From assembly GCA_029977385.1 (NCBI GenBank), contig JAPOKZ010000001.1, positions 22,741 through 86,740 of the forward strand: 64,000 nt of DNA, in the 5' to 3' direction. This DNA comes from Methanobacteriota archaeon (GTDB lineage Archaea > Thermoplasmatota > Poseidoniia > Poseidoniales > Thalassarchaeaceae). The notes under the pieces are model-generated. The model worked only from the letters and a program-made list of their open reading frames with translations, searched no databases and was not told the origin of the DNA. Position numbers and translations under genes: made by a program. This document shows positions 19,516 through 28,420 of this stretch, in pieces (the first letter of the stretch is position 1; each line of letters begins with the position of its first letter).

Positions 19516-21627
19516 ATGGGCTCCATGCATTCGGACGAGGGAACCTCCGAGGGCCGGGTAGACTGGCTCGCAGAGCAGTTAGAGAGGCACTCAGACCTCT
19601 ACTACAACAAAGCGGAACCCGAGATATCCGATGCAGATTTCGATGCATTGAGAGACGAGCTCCACCGCCTCTCGCCAGATCACCCCCAATTGACAAGGGT
19701 TGGTTCCGACCCTCCTCCGGGTTCTGAAAAGGTCGATCACCTATTCAGGATGATGAGCCTGGACAAGGCTACTTCGGACGAAGAAGTGTCGCACTTCGTT
19801 TCCGAGACCACCGCTAACGGCCGGAGGTTCGTATGTCAGCCAAAACTCGATGGCTCAGCCCTTTCCTTGGAATACCGTCGAGGTCGACTAATCAGAGCCG
19901 CCACCAGAGGAAATGGGAGTAGGGGGGAGGACGTAACCGCAAATGCAAGGAGGATGATGAACGTTCCAGAGAAACTCGGGTGGGACGGAGACTGTCACGT
20001 GAGGGGCGAGGTCGTGATGCCTCTTCAGGTATTCAGGGAGAAGTACTCAGAGATTGCTCCGAATCCCCGGAACCTTGCTGCAGGAGCTCTTAGACAGAAG
20101 TATACCGATGCAGGTAAGGGAAGCCCGAGGGACTTGACTTTCCTTGCTTATGGGGTAGAGTTCCCAAGCGACACGGACCGCCATCCGGATAGCCCGGAAC
20201 CTCCAGAGTTCATGCTTGACTCTGAGGTGATATCGTGGATCGAAGAGATGGGAATTCAGGTCGCAGGAAACAAAGTCGTTTCAGGCGACAGCGATACCAA
20301 CACCACCGAATCCATACTTTCGGTGACAAGGGACTGGCTCGAGTCGCGAGAGTCTGCGGAATGGGAAATCGATGGAGTCGTAATCAAGCTAGACCGACTG
20401 GACAAGAGAGGCCTCTTGGGTGAGACAGCACACCATCCTAGATGGGCTCTGGCATGGAAATTCCCAGCCGAGGAGGCAGTTACGGTTCTGATGGATGTCT
20501 TCTGGCAGACTGGTAGGACGGGCAACGTCACTCCCGTTTCACGAGTAGCACCAGTGGTGGTTTCTGGAGTAACAGTAGAGAATACGACCCTCCACAATAA
20601 AGGGGAGGTCGAGAGACTCGGGATAATGATTGGTGACAAGGTTAGAGTCGTCAGAAGAGGAGACGTCATACCAAAAATCACAGAGGTTCTAGGGCCAGCG
20701 CGCGAGAGTGATTTGATTGATAGGTCTCATGCAGATGGAACTACTTTCTCAGATTCACTCCCTACCAGGTGCGAGATACCAGTCCCCGAGGATTGCCCTA
20801 GGTGCTCAACCGACCTAATCGTGGATGGCGCATTCATCAGATGCACCAACATAGACTGCCCATCACGACTAGAGAGAGCCATTTTGTACTGGTGCAGAAA
20901 GCTGGGCATAGATGGAATAGGTGAGAAACTAGCAGAGCAACTATGCTCATCGGGGCTAGTCAAAGGTTTGGGGGACCTATACAGACTCGAGGACAGGGAG
21001 CAAGAACTAATCTCACTAGAGAGAATGGCTGAGAAGTCAGCCAGCAACGTCCTAGAAGAATTGAACACCACTAGGGCTATGACTTTCAGCACCTTCATCT
21101 CGGCACTGGGCCTGCCAAGGATTGGCCCCGAAATAGCAGCACTCGTCTGCGCAGAGGTGCGGACTCTAGATGAGTTGATCCAGATGACTGAAGAAAGACA
21201 GAAGGCAATCCAGCGCCTGGTTTCCATAGACAGGGTAGGAGAGACCGTGGCAAATCTCCTACTAGATGGGATTAATGACAGGAAGGAGGCGATAATTGAC
21301 CTGTATGAGCAGGTGGAAATCATCGAAGACGAGCAGACAACCGTTGACGGACTCCTTTCCGGTGCTTCCTTCTGCATTACAGGTACTCTGAGTAGACCAA
21401 GGAAGGAGATCGCACTCTCGATAAAGTCGGAGGGGGGCAAGGTCGTCTCATCGGTCTCCGGGAATCTAGATTTCTTGGTCGCAGGAGAGTCGTCAGGTTC
21501 GAAGTTGGACAAGGCCAACAGGCTTGGAGTCAGGGTCGTCTCGGAATCAGAGTTGGACGACATGCTTGGAGGGTCGATCCTAGAGGAACTTCCCCAAGAA
21601 AGACAGTCGACTCTGGGAGAGTTCTGA
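19516..21627 (+). CDS. ligA: NAD-dependent DNA ligase
   Basis: KLDG adenylation motif (CQPKLDGSA), Cys4 zinc finger (CPRCST...CTNIDC), HhH region and C-terminal BRCT (FCITGTLS...). Confidence 0.9.
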   Translation: MGSMHSDEGTSEGRVDWLAEQLERHSDLYYNKAEPEISDADFDALRDELHRLSPDHPQLTRVGSDPPPGSEKVDHLFRMMSLDKATSDEEVSHFVSETTANGRRFVCQPKLDGSALSLEYRRGRLIRAATRGNGSRGEDVTANARRMMNVPEKLGWDGDCHVRGEVVMPLQVFREKYSEIAPNPRNLAAGALRQKYTDAGKGSPRDLTFLAYGVEFPSDTDRHPDSPEPPEFMLDSEVISWIEEMGIQVAGNKVVSGDSDTNTTESILSVTRDWLESRESAEWEIDGVVIKLDRLDKRGLLGETAHHPRWALAWKFPAEEAVTVLMDVFWQTGRTGNVTPVSRVAPVVVSGVTVENTTLHNKGEVERLGIMIGDKVRVVRRGDVIPKITEVLGPARESDLIDRSHADGTTFSDSLPTRCEIPVPEDCPRCSTDLIVDGAFIRCTNIDCPSRLERAILYWCRKLGIDGIGEKLAEQLCSSGLVKGLGDLYRLEDREQELISLERMAEKSASNVLEELNTTRAMTFSTFISALGLPRIGPEIAALVCAEVRTLDELIQMTEERQKAIQRLVSIDRVGETVANLLLDGINDRKEAIIDLYEQVEIIEDEQTTVDGLLSGASFCITGTLSRPRKEIALSIKSEGGKVVSSVSGNLDFLVAGESSGSKLDKANRLGVRVVSESELDDMLGGSILEELPQERQSTLGEF

Positions 21628-22446
21628 TTATCCGTACATCCCTGTTGAAGCACCACTACTCTCCTGAGGGGGGTTCAGATGCAAAGCCATCATCTCACGT
21701 ATCTGTCCTTCAATTCTCTGGGCCTCCTCCATCAGGGGTTCCGGATCAAGGTGGACTGCAGGGAGAAGTCCGTCCAAGCACCCGATAATTCCCGCGGCTG
21801 CTCGGGCATCGGGAATCGTTCCCTGACCAATCTCACCATCGGACTCTGCCAATATCGCCAGTGCGTCTATTCCTCTCCTCCTGCACTCTCCCATCATCAC
21901 TCCGGTCATACCCCCCACTACTCCTTGTTTCAGGAGCGGGACACCGATTCCCTTGAGCAGATCGTGAGTCGAATCCGTAGATCCAATCCCTAGTATAGAA
22001 TCCACACCCGGATCATCGTCGAATATGCTATGCAGACTCTCGATTCCATGAGCGAATGAATCTACCATTATCGTAGAGCTCACCCCCGAATCCTCAATCC
22101 AGTCGATGATTCCAGAGGACAATGGAAGATTGAGCTCAGATGGAATCTGTATCTCTGATGCGATAAGAACAACCTTGTCACACTTCTCCATGTTGCATAT
22201 AGGATCCCCAGCATAGAATCTCAAAGGAGGCAGGGGCTTACCATCCTGGACCAAGCACATCGGGGGAAGATTCGGGTGTCTGACACCTCCAACGAGCTCC
22301 AACTCTAGCTTTTCCACCAAGAAGTGCGCTACTATACTGCTTACGAATCCGACCGATGGGAAACAACTTACCAGAAGGGCACCAGAAGCATTCACATCAT
22401 CTCCAACCTCGACCAAAGGGGCCCCTTGCATGATTCTAGAAAACAC
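21628..22446 (-). CDS. PAC2-family proteasome assembly chaperone (PbaA/PbaB-like), C-terminal HbYX-like tail (MYG)
   Basis: Size and GxVS..IVA..L pattern of archaeal PAC2 proteins; terminal ...STGMYG. Confidence 0.55.
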   Translation of the reverse strand: MFSRIMQGAPLVEVGDDVNASGALLVSCFPSVGFVSSIVAHFLVEKLELELVGGVRHPNLPPMCLVQDGKPLPPLRFYAGDPICNMEKCDKVVLIASEIQIPSELNLPLSSGIIDWIEDSGVSSTIMVDSFAHGIESLHSIFDDDPGVDSILGIGSTDSTHDLLKGIGVPLLKQGVVGGMTGVMMGECRRRGIDALAILAESDGEIGQGTIPDARAAAGIIGCLDGLLPAVHLDPEPLMEEAQRIEGQIREMMALHLNPPQESSGASTGMYG

Positions 22447-22462
22447 TCAATGGTGTTAATCG

Positions 22463-23653
22463 TTGTTACCGACCCGACTCGATTCTGAGGACAGTGGTGA
22501 GATGGGAGGAAAGACACACGATTTCCAGATTTCTCCATCCTCATGGAACAGATTTGAGGAATGTCCCAGAAAATACTGGCTATCCAGACAGAGGCTTCCT
22601 CGCAAGGCCAGTATGGCCGCCTCAATGGGTACGGCTATACACAACTCAGTAGAAGACCTGTGTAACCTAGATATTTCTGATAGGGATGATGACGAAACCG
22701 GCTGGCTACACTCTTGCTCTAGAGAGACTTTGGAGAAGAGGTGGGAGGAGGAAAAGATCCTGTTCTCGGAGACTCCCAGGCATCCTAGATGGAAGGACGA
22801 GTCATTCTCAACAGCGCTCGATGGACTGATAGGTGCAATCTCCATTCTTTTCGATAAGGCCATGCTACCAGTGGAGGGACTATCCTCAGTCAGCGTAAAG
22901 ACTTGGAAGCAAGTTCAGGATATTGTTGTAGCAACCGAAGAGAGGCTCGAGTCTCAATGTGGACGATTGATAGGACGACTAGATCTCCTGATCAAGGATC
23001 TTGAGGACGAGGTTAACGATAGCTTGATCGTAGCAGATCTGAAGACTGGAAAACCACCAGAAGAAGAACTTAGCGAGAATGTAAGCAGGCAATTACTATT
23101 CTACAGGGACCTAATGAAGCAGAATGTAGCAGAAGAGCAGGCTCTGCGAGCAGAGGGTTGGTACTCTTCCAATAAGTCAGTCTACAGAACTGAAGGGCCG
23201 GCTATCCTAGAAGAAGCAATACAGGCATGGGGAATGATGAAACTGACTGAAACCCCATTCCATGCCACTCCTAGCGAAGAATCCTGTTCATTCTGCGAGT
23301 GGAAGGCATGGTGTCCTAGTTGGTGGAAAGCGAAGTACGATGGAGAACTCAGCCACGAGGGGATGTTCAGAGACGAGGTCGTAAGACTGGTCAGATTTGA
23401 TCAGGAATCGGGCGCGGCTCTGTTCGAGCGAACGACACCTATCGGAGATGAGGGAGAACTTAGAGGGTCGGACCACCGCTTTGGAGCGCTTCTAAAAGGG
23501 ACCAGCCTCGAAAAGATTAGACAAATGGACCAAGTAGAATTGGATGGATACCTATTCCTTGGTAGCATAATGATCGGGAGCAAGACCGCACGTATGGGAG
23601 ATTGGTCAGAAATACTGCCTTGGTCACCTCTACTCCAGTCTGTGAGAAATTGA
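22463..23653 (+). CDS. PD-(D/E)XK nuclease with Fe-S cluster (Cas4/RecB-nuclease-like), stand-alone
   Basis: N-terminal CPRKYWL; GRLDLL and IVADLKTGK (motifs II/III); QLLFY (QxxxY); C-terminal CSFCEWKAWC. Confidence 0.7.
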   Translation: MLPTRLDSEDSGEMGGKTHDFQISPSSWNRFEECPRKYWLSRQRLPRKASMAASMGTAIHNSVEDLCNLDISDRDDDETGWLHSCSRETLEKRWEEEKILFSETPRHPRWKDESFSTALDGLIGAISILFDKAMLPVEGLSSVSVKTWKQVQDIVVATEERLESQCGRLIGRLDLLIKDLEDEVNDSLIVADLKTGKPPEEELSENVSRQLLFYRDLMKQNVAEEQALRAEGWYSSNKSVYRTEGPAILEEAIQAWGMMKLTETPFHATPSEESCSFCEWKAWCPSWWKAKYDGELSHEGMFRDEVVRLVRFDQESGAALFERTTPIGDEGELRGSDHRFGALLKGTSLEKIRQMDQVELDGYLFLGSIMIGSKTARMGDWSEILPWSPLLQSVRN

Positions 23654-24217
23654 GTTCAAAACATCTCGAGCTTCTCCCTCGAACCTTTCAGGAAATTCGA
23701 CCATGAACCTCCAAAGAAGGAGGAGGGTTGCTCCAGCATCAGCATCCGCACTGTGGGCTCTCTCAAGGGATATCCCAAATCGTTCGCAAAGAACACCTAG
23801 CTTGTGACCTCCCGGAATACCAAGGCTCCTTGCCAACTCGAGGGTATCCACAAGAGCTAGCGGAGATGGCATCTCCCTTCCAATCCGCATGCATTCCATT
23901 TCTAGGAATCTCCAGTCGAATGATACAACATTATGGCCTACAATTATTGCACCTTCAATCATCGCGGAGATTGAGTCCACGTGCTCATCGAAACTTCCCA
24001 AGTCCCTCACATCCTCGTCAAATATTCCATGCACTTCACTAGACTGTAGGGGTATCCTGCACCCGGGATTCACTAGCGATTGTAGACTAAGTTGGGAGCC
24101 ATCCGAATCACTTCCAACTAGTGCGTACTGCACTACTCTATCCTGTCTAGGATTGAATCCAGTTGTCTCTAAATCGAATCCGAGAACCCTGAACCCCCCA
24201 AGAATATCAGAGACCAC
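23630..24217 (-). CDS. DEDDh 3'-5' exonuclease (DnaQ/epsilon-like)
   Basis: Exo I FDLETTG, Exo II HNVVSFDWRFL, Exo III HSADADA. Confidence 0.8.
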   Translation of the reverse strand: MVSDILGGFRVLGFDLETTGFNPRQDRVVQYALVGSDSDGSQLSLQSLVNPGCRIPLQSSEVHGIFDEDVRDLGSFDEHVDSISAMIEGAIIVGHNVVSFDWRFLEMECMRIGREMPSPLALVDTLELARSLGIPGGHKLGVLCERFGISLERAHSADADAGATLLLLWRFMVEFPERFEGEARDVLNSISHRLE

Positions 24218-24300
24218 GTCCCCACGCTACCGGCACCATCCATGAACTCTACCAAAGCCAGCCTTGACTGTCCGTTGTCCAACACGCATATGAGTGACCT

Positions 24301-25485
24301 TTGATTTCTGGTAGCATGATGGGACACAGCCAAAGACTAACCACGCTTCTTGCAATGCTGATGATTTCCCACACTCTGGCGGGATGCGGAGGCATTGGTC
24401 CCGGTAGCCCAAATGCGGCCCTCACATCTGATAGGCTCACTGTTAATACAGGAGAGACGATAAATTTCGATGCACGCTCTTCGACCACTCCTAATCCAAC
24501 GATAATTGATGAATTCAGATGGAACTTTGGTGATGGTGAGAGGAAGACAACAAAGCAGGGCGTCATCAGTCATGCATTCTCAGAGGCAGGAAACTTCGAA
24601 GTGACAGTTGAAGTGTTCAATGATAATGGCGATTCAGACTCAGCCAGCATCCTCGTTTTCGTCAATGCGATTCCAGAAATCATCCTCAACATCCCAGATT
24701 ACGTAAAGACAGGACAAGAAGCTAGACTGGACGCTAGCGACTCCTTCGATCCAGAGGGAGGGGGTGTGGAGATTGTATGGGATTTCGATGCGAATACCGA
24801 TTCAGACGGTGACAGCGACCCACTCAACGACGCTGATGGCAGCGGCCCAGTGACTAGACTCACCGTTACCGAAGCCGGGAATATCACGGGGGCTGTAACA
24901 GTCTCAGACGATAGTGGAGGTAAGAATACCACCCTCTGGACTCTCAGAGTTGTCTCTCGTACGTTCAGGATTGTTTGGGAAGAGGTGTTCGTAGACTATG
25001 AATGGTCTGGATACCTTGAACAGGGCGATACACACGAGATACAATTCCAACCCGGGGAAGACTCCCGACTGATCGATGTCACCGCAACTCTCACTCTAAC
25101 CAGAGACATCCTCCCGATTACATGGCCGGAGGACAACTTCACTCTAGAGGTCGATATCCCTTCGTCAGGATGGTCATTCACAGTTGTTACAACTCAAGAA
25201 AACATCACAGAGAACTCATCAGCTACAATCGAGAGGGTCGAAATGAATCCTTCCCCAGAGTCTGACTACACCGTTTTCGCAGACTCTAAGGAAGAGCTGG
25301 AGCAGTCACTTCTCGGAGATCCCGATGGAAGATTTGGACAGGGAGACTGGTTCTGGAGGATAACCGCAATGGAGTGTGATCCTGATACTCCGGTGGATGG
25401 CGTAGATCCCGACCAAGGTAACGACTGGACCCTCGAGGCTCAGTTCGTAGTACTAGTCTTAAGGATCAGTGAAGTAAGCGTCTGA
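24301..25485 (+). CDS. Secreted lipoprotein with PKD domain(s)
   Basis: Signal peptide plus lipobox-like LAGCGG; PKD signature FDARSS..WNFGDG..HAF..GNF.VTV, with a second degenerate copy. Confidence 0.65.
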   Translation: MISGSMMGHSQRLTTLLAMLMISHTLAGCGGIGPGSPNAALTSDRLTVNTGETINFDARSSTTPNPTIIDEFRWNFGDGERKTTKQGVISHAFSEAGNFEVTVEVFNDNGDSDSASILVFVNAIPEIILNIPDYVKTGQEARLDASDSFDPEGGGVEIVWDFDANTDSDGDSDPLNDADGSGPVTRLTVTEAGNITGAVTVSDDSGGKNTTLWTLRVVSRTFRIVWEEVFVDYEWSGYLEQGDTHEIQFQPGEDSRLIDVTATLTLTRDILPITWPEDNFTLEVDIPSSGWSFTVVTTQENITENSSATIERVEMNPSPESDYTVFADSKEELEQSLLGDPDGRFGQGDWFWRITAMECDPDTPVDGVDPDQGNDWTLEAQFVVLVLRISEVSV

Positions 25486-25530
25486 TGTCAGCGAGCGAAG
25501 ACCTTTCAACCCCCAGTCATTGGCATTATC

Positions 25531-25881
25531 GTGGCAAAGTCGATTGAGATCACCAAGGTATCCATTCGAGAACGCCTAGTCGTAGATGCGAAGGTGGGCA
25601 TGAAGGACCCTCAGGACTACGACTTCTCACCTAGAGCAAGCCTCTCTGGAACCACTCTGAGCATAGTTAACGAGTCCGGAGACCCCTCTTCCACTATCGA
25701 GCTAGACGAGGAGCAGATCATAACTGCTGAGAGGGATCGGATGCTGGAACTTAGGGTCAAGTTCAATGTACAAGGTATGCATGGTGTACTTACTCATAGG
25801 ACACCACAGCCGATGACTGGTCCGAAGTCGAAGAAGCTAGCCGAGCCAAGTTGGAAGACCGTCCTACCTCTTTCAATGTGA
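25531..25881 (+). CDS. Hypothetical protein (116 aa)
   Basis: ORF only; no motif. Confidence 0.3.
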   Translation: MAKSIEITKVSIRERLVVDAKVGMKDPQDYDFSPRASLSGTTLSIVNESGDPSSTIELDEEQIITAERDRMLELRVKFNVQGMHGVLTHRTPQPMTGPKSKKLAEPSWKTVLPLSM

Positions 25882-25928
25882 TTTTGCACCGTCGAGATTA
25901 AGCCGGATCATACAGTCCAACGGACGCT

Positions 25929-26005
25929 GGACCCATAGTGTAGCCTGGATATCACATGAGCTTGCGGAGCTTGTAACCCGTGTTCGAATCGCGGTGGGTC
26001 CGCCA
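25929..26005 (+). tRNA. tRNA-Arg (anticodon GCG), CCA encoded
   Basis: Acceptor GGACCCA/TGGGTCC, T-arm CCGTG-TTCGAAT-CGCGG, anticodon loop TTGCGGA. Confidence 0.8.
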
Positions 26006-26061
26006 CCTGAGTTGAGAAAGAGGGGCGACCCATTGAATAGTGAGGATACTAGGCGGATTCA

Positions 26062-26138
26062 GGACCCATAGTGTAGCCTGGATATCACTCTAGCCTCCGG
26101 AGCTGGAAACCCGTGTTCGAATCGCGGTGGGTCCGCCA
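26062..26138 (+). tRNA. tRNA-Arg (anticodon CCG), CCA encoded
   Basis: Same backbone as the upstream tRNA; anticodon arm CTAGC-CTCCGGA-GCTGG. Confidence 0.8.
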
Positions 26139-26177
26139 TTCCATAACAGCCTTCAACCATGGCTTCCTGTCATCGTC

Positions 26178-26594
26178 ATGGCATTCATCTCAAAGAGGCG
26201 AATCGACTTCCCTATGGTAGACCTAGCGAAAATAGTCTACTACCCACGTTTCTGGGACCTGGCCCATAGGTTCTACGAGGAGTCATGGGAATACACCTGT
26301 GGCATGCACTACAACGAAATCCTCTTTGAGAAGAAGATTGCATTTCCACTAGTCCATAGTGAGGCCGTGTTCCTCCATCCCATCTCCTACGGCGATACTG
26401 TGGAGTGCACAATCACGGTGCCCAGAATTGGAGAAACCTCGATTTCATGGCATTACGAGTTCAGGAACCAGAATGGTACACTCTGCTGGACGGCAGACCA
26501 AGTCACGGTCTGCACAGATATGAACGAGGTCAAGAGGAAGATGACCGTCCCCGATTGGATGAGGGATTGCCTAGCTAAGATTCGATCATCATGA
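26178..26594 (+). CDS. Acyl-CoA thioesterase (4HBT/hotdog fold)
   Basis: YYPRFWDLAHRF... hotdog pattern. The ORF opens at 26127 inside the tRNA, so the start was moved to MAF at 26178. Confidence 0.6.
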   Translation: MAFISKRRIDFPMVDLAKIVYYPRFWDLAHRFYEESWEYTCGMHYNEILFEKKIAFPLVHSEAVFLHPISYGDTVECTITVPRIGETSISWHYEFRNQNGTLCWTADQVTVCTDMNEVKRKMTVPDWMRDCLAKIRSS

Positions 26595-26984
26595 CTACTC
26601 TCTGGGCCACTTCTTCGATAGCGCCTTAGTCAGCGACTCGTCCATCGTGGCATCCCACCAGTTAGCCTCTCTCCAGACTGCATACTTGCCCCTTATTCCC
26701 CTCATATCCGCTCCATCCAGCCTAGCTCCCTGGAGGTTGGAAAGGCCCAGTCTGGCCTTCACCATCCTAGCCCCTCTAAGATCGGCACCATCCAGCGCCG
26801 CCTTCATGAGGTTGGCACCCTTCAGAGACGCATTTCTCAGATCAGCACCAGAAAGGTCTGCACCCTCCAAATCGGCCCTATCCAGAATCGCTCTCCTGAG
26901 GTTGGCACCGGATAGGTCAACTCCTCGCAAGTCCTCTCCTACATGCGATGTGAATGACCAGTCCTTGCTATTTTCTTCCATCAC
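26595..26984 (-). CDS. Pentapeptide-repeat protein
   Basis: Tandem A(D/N)LxGA(D/N)L pentapeptides throughout. Confidence 0.8.
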   Translation of the reverse strand: MMEENSKDWSFTSHVGEDLRGVDLSGANLRRAILDRADLEGADLSGADLRNASLKGANLMKAALDGADLRGARMVKARLGLSNLQGARLDGADMRGIRGKYAVWREANWWDATMDESLTKALSKKWPRE

Positions 26985-26987
26985 ATC

Positions 26988-27539
26988 TCACCTCTTGAGA
27001 GACAACTGGTCTAGATGGTCTCTTCCTGCTTCAGTAAGAACCACGAACGCATTCTTCCTAGGCCTTCTTCTAGGATATTCCAAGAAAGACCCAGAGCCAC
27101 CCAGACCCCCTTCAAGCATTCTCCCTATGTACAATGATACATTCCATTTCTTCACGGATCTCTTTGTCCACTTGCCAGTTTCTTCAATCAGCCTCCTTAT
27201 TTCTCTAGGCGGGGTGTTCCCCTCTTTCTCTACGGACCTCATATACTGAATCGCGGCCAGAATCACATCAGACTTATTCTCGACTCCACACGAGTCTAGT
27301 AGTCTGGCAAAAGAAGAACCTCTGTCCGGAAAGCCACTCGACCTGATAGCCTCGAGAGTCATCTCCATGGCCTCCTGCCTTGCAATCCTAACACGCGAGA
27401 GCGTAGAAGACCAAGTATCCTGACTGGTAACCTTCAGCCACCTATCACTCGCCTCTTTGGTGTAGTCAGCAAGATTGATGTCCTGAGAACCGAGTCTTAG
27501 GAAGAGTCCCCCAAGCTCCTTGACATCCTTTGCAGACAT
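26988..27539 (-). CDS. Hypothetical protein, possible C-terminal winged helix
   Basis: ORF; C-terminal FVVLTEAGRDHL is wHTH-like. Weak. Confidence 0.4.
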   Translation of the reverse strand: MSAKDVKELGGLFLRLGSQDINLADYTKEASDRWLKVTSQDTWSSTLSRVRIARQEAMEMTLEAIRSSGFPDRGSSFARLLDSCGVENKSDVILAAIQYMRSVEKEGNTPPREIRRLIEETGKWTKRSVKKWNVSLYIGRMLEGGLGGSGSFLEYPRRRPRKNAFVVLTEAGRDHLDQLSLKR

Positions 27540-27652
27540 GATAATCCCTACAAGTTGTCACTTATCAGGTTATTTTTTTCTATATTTCCTTAACATCTCT
27601 TAGATAATGAAGCATCCGTGAAATTCAAAGAGCGCCAGCACAACGAAACCTC
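27540..27652. promoter_or_regulatory. AT-rich divergent promoter region with TATA-like ttatttttttctatattt
   Basis: 113-nt intergenic region between divergent genes; strong AT skew relative to the surroundings. Confidence 0.4.
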
Positions 27653-28420
27653 ATGAGCGCGGAATCTGGCGACGGCTATCCATTGGTTTTGCACTCCGAG
27701 GCAGACCCCTCCAGATTGGGGGGAACAGCAGTGTGCGGCTTCTCAACGGTGGGCTCGGTTGGAGTCATTTCCACATCTCATCTCATCAGCTCTCTGCAGC
27801 TCAGCCCAATGGGCACTGTTCTCCATCCTAAGTTCCCTGCAGTAGCACTGATTCACGATTCTGTTCCTAAGCATCCGGTGAGAGTTTACCAAGGCGATGG
27901 AATTGGTGTCTTCACATCGGAAATCCAATTCACCAGCGAACATGATTCCTACTTTGCCAATACTGTTCTCGAATGGTTCACCAAAGGAGGTTTCGACAGA
28001 TTGATTGTAATTGATGGAGTCGTTAGCAATGATTTGGGGATTAAGGAGGACAGCGAACTTTGGGGGGTATCCTCTACATCGATAGGTCGTGACCAACTTG
28101 ACAATTCGAGCATTCAGAGGATTCAGCAAGGAGTAGTCACTGGAATAGCCGGATACCTCATCGCCGAGGGAGAAAGGAGAGGGTTGGACGTCACCGCACT
28201 GTTGGCGGAGTGCAACCCAATGTATCCCGATGCAAGAGCCGCCCTGATTGCTGTAGAGGGTCTGAGCGAGTTGGTCGGGATCGAGGTCCCCGTCGAGGGG
28301 CTGCTAGAGGATGCGAGGAACATAGAAGAAAGAGTTAGGGAGGCCTTCGAAAAAGCCCATTCAAACGCTCTTCCGGCACCCGGCTCAGATGACGATGAGG
28401 ACGACGTACCAATGTACTGA
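27653..28420 (+). CDS. PAC2-family proteasome assembly chaperone paralog (acidic tail ...DDDEDDVPMY)
   Basis: Same architecture and conserved blocks (L..EC.PMYPDARAA..IE.L) as the 21628..22446 protein. Confidence 0.55.
   Translation: MSAESGDGYPLVLHSEADPSRLGGTAVCGFSTVGSVGVISTSHLISSLQLSPMGTVLHPKFPAVALIHDSVPKHPVRVYQGDGIGVFTSEIQFTSEHDSYFANTVLEWFTKGGFDRLIVIDGVVSNDLGIKEDSELWGVSSTSIGRDQLDNSSIQRIQQGVVTGIAGYLIAEGERRGLDVTALLAECNPMYPDARAALIAVEGLSELVGIEVPVEGLLEDARNIEERVREAFEKAHSNALPAPGSDDDEDDVPMY

Noticed and set aside
19127-19696. 189-aa minus-strand ORF
   Set aside because: Overlaps rpoN, the tRNA-Pro gene and the ligA start; no motif; spurious.
20727-21656. 309-aa ORF on the minus strand
   Set aside because: Entirely antisense to the well-supported ligA gene; Ser/Leu-rich translation typical of a shadow ORF.
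25486-26177. Integrated mobile element at the tandem tRNA-Arg locus
   Set aside because: No integrase, no direct repeat of the tRNA 3' end downstream, and flanking genes are housekeeping.
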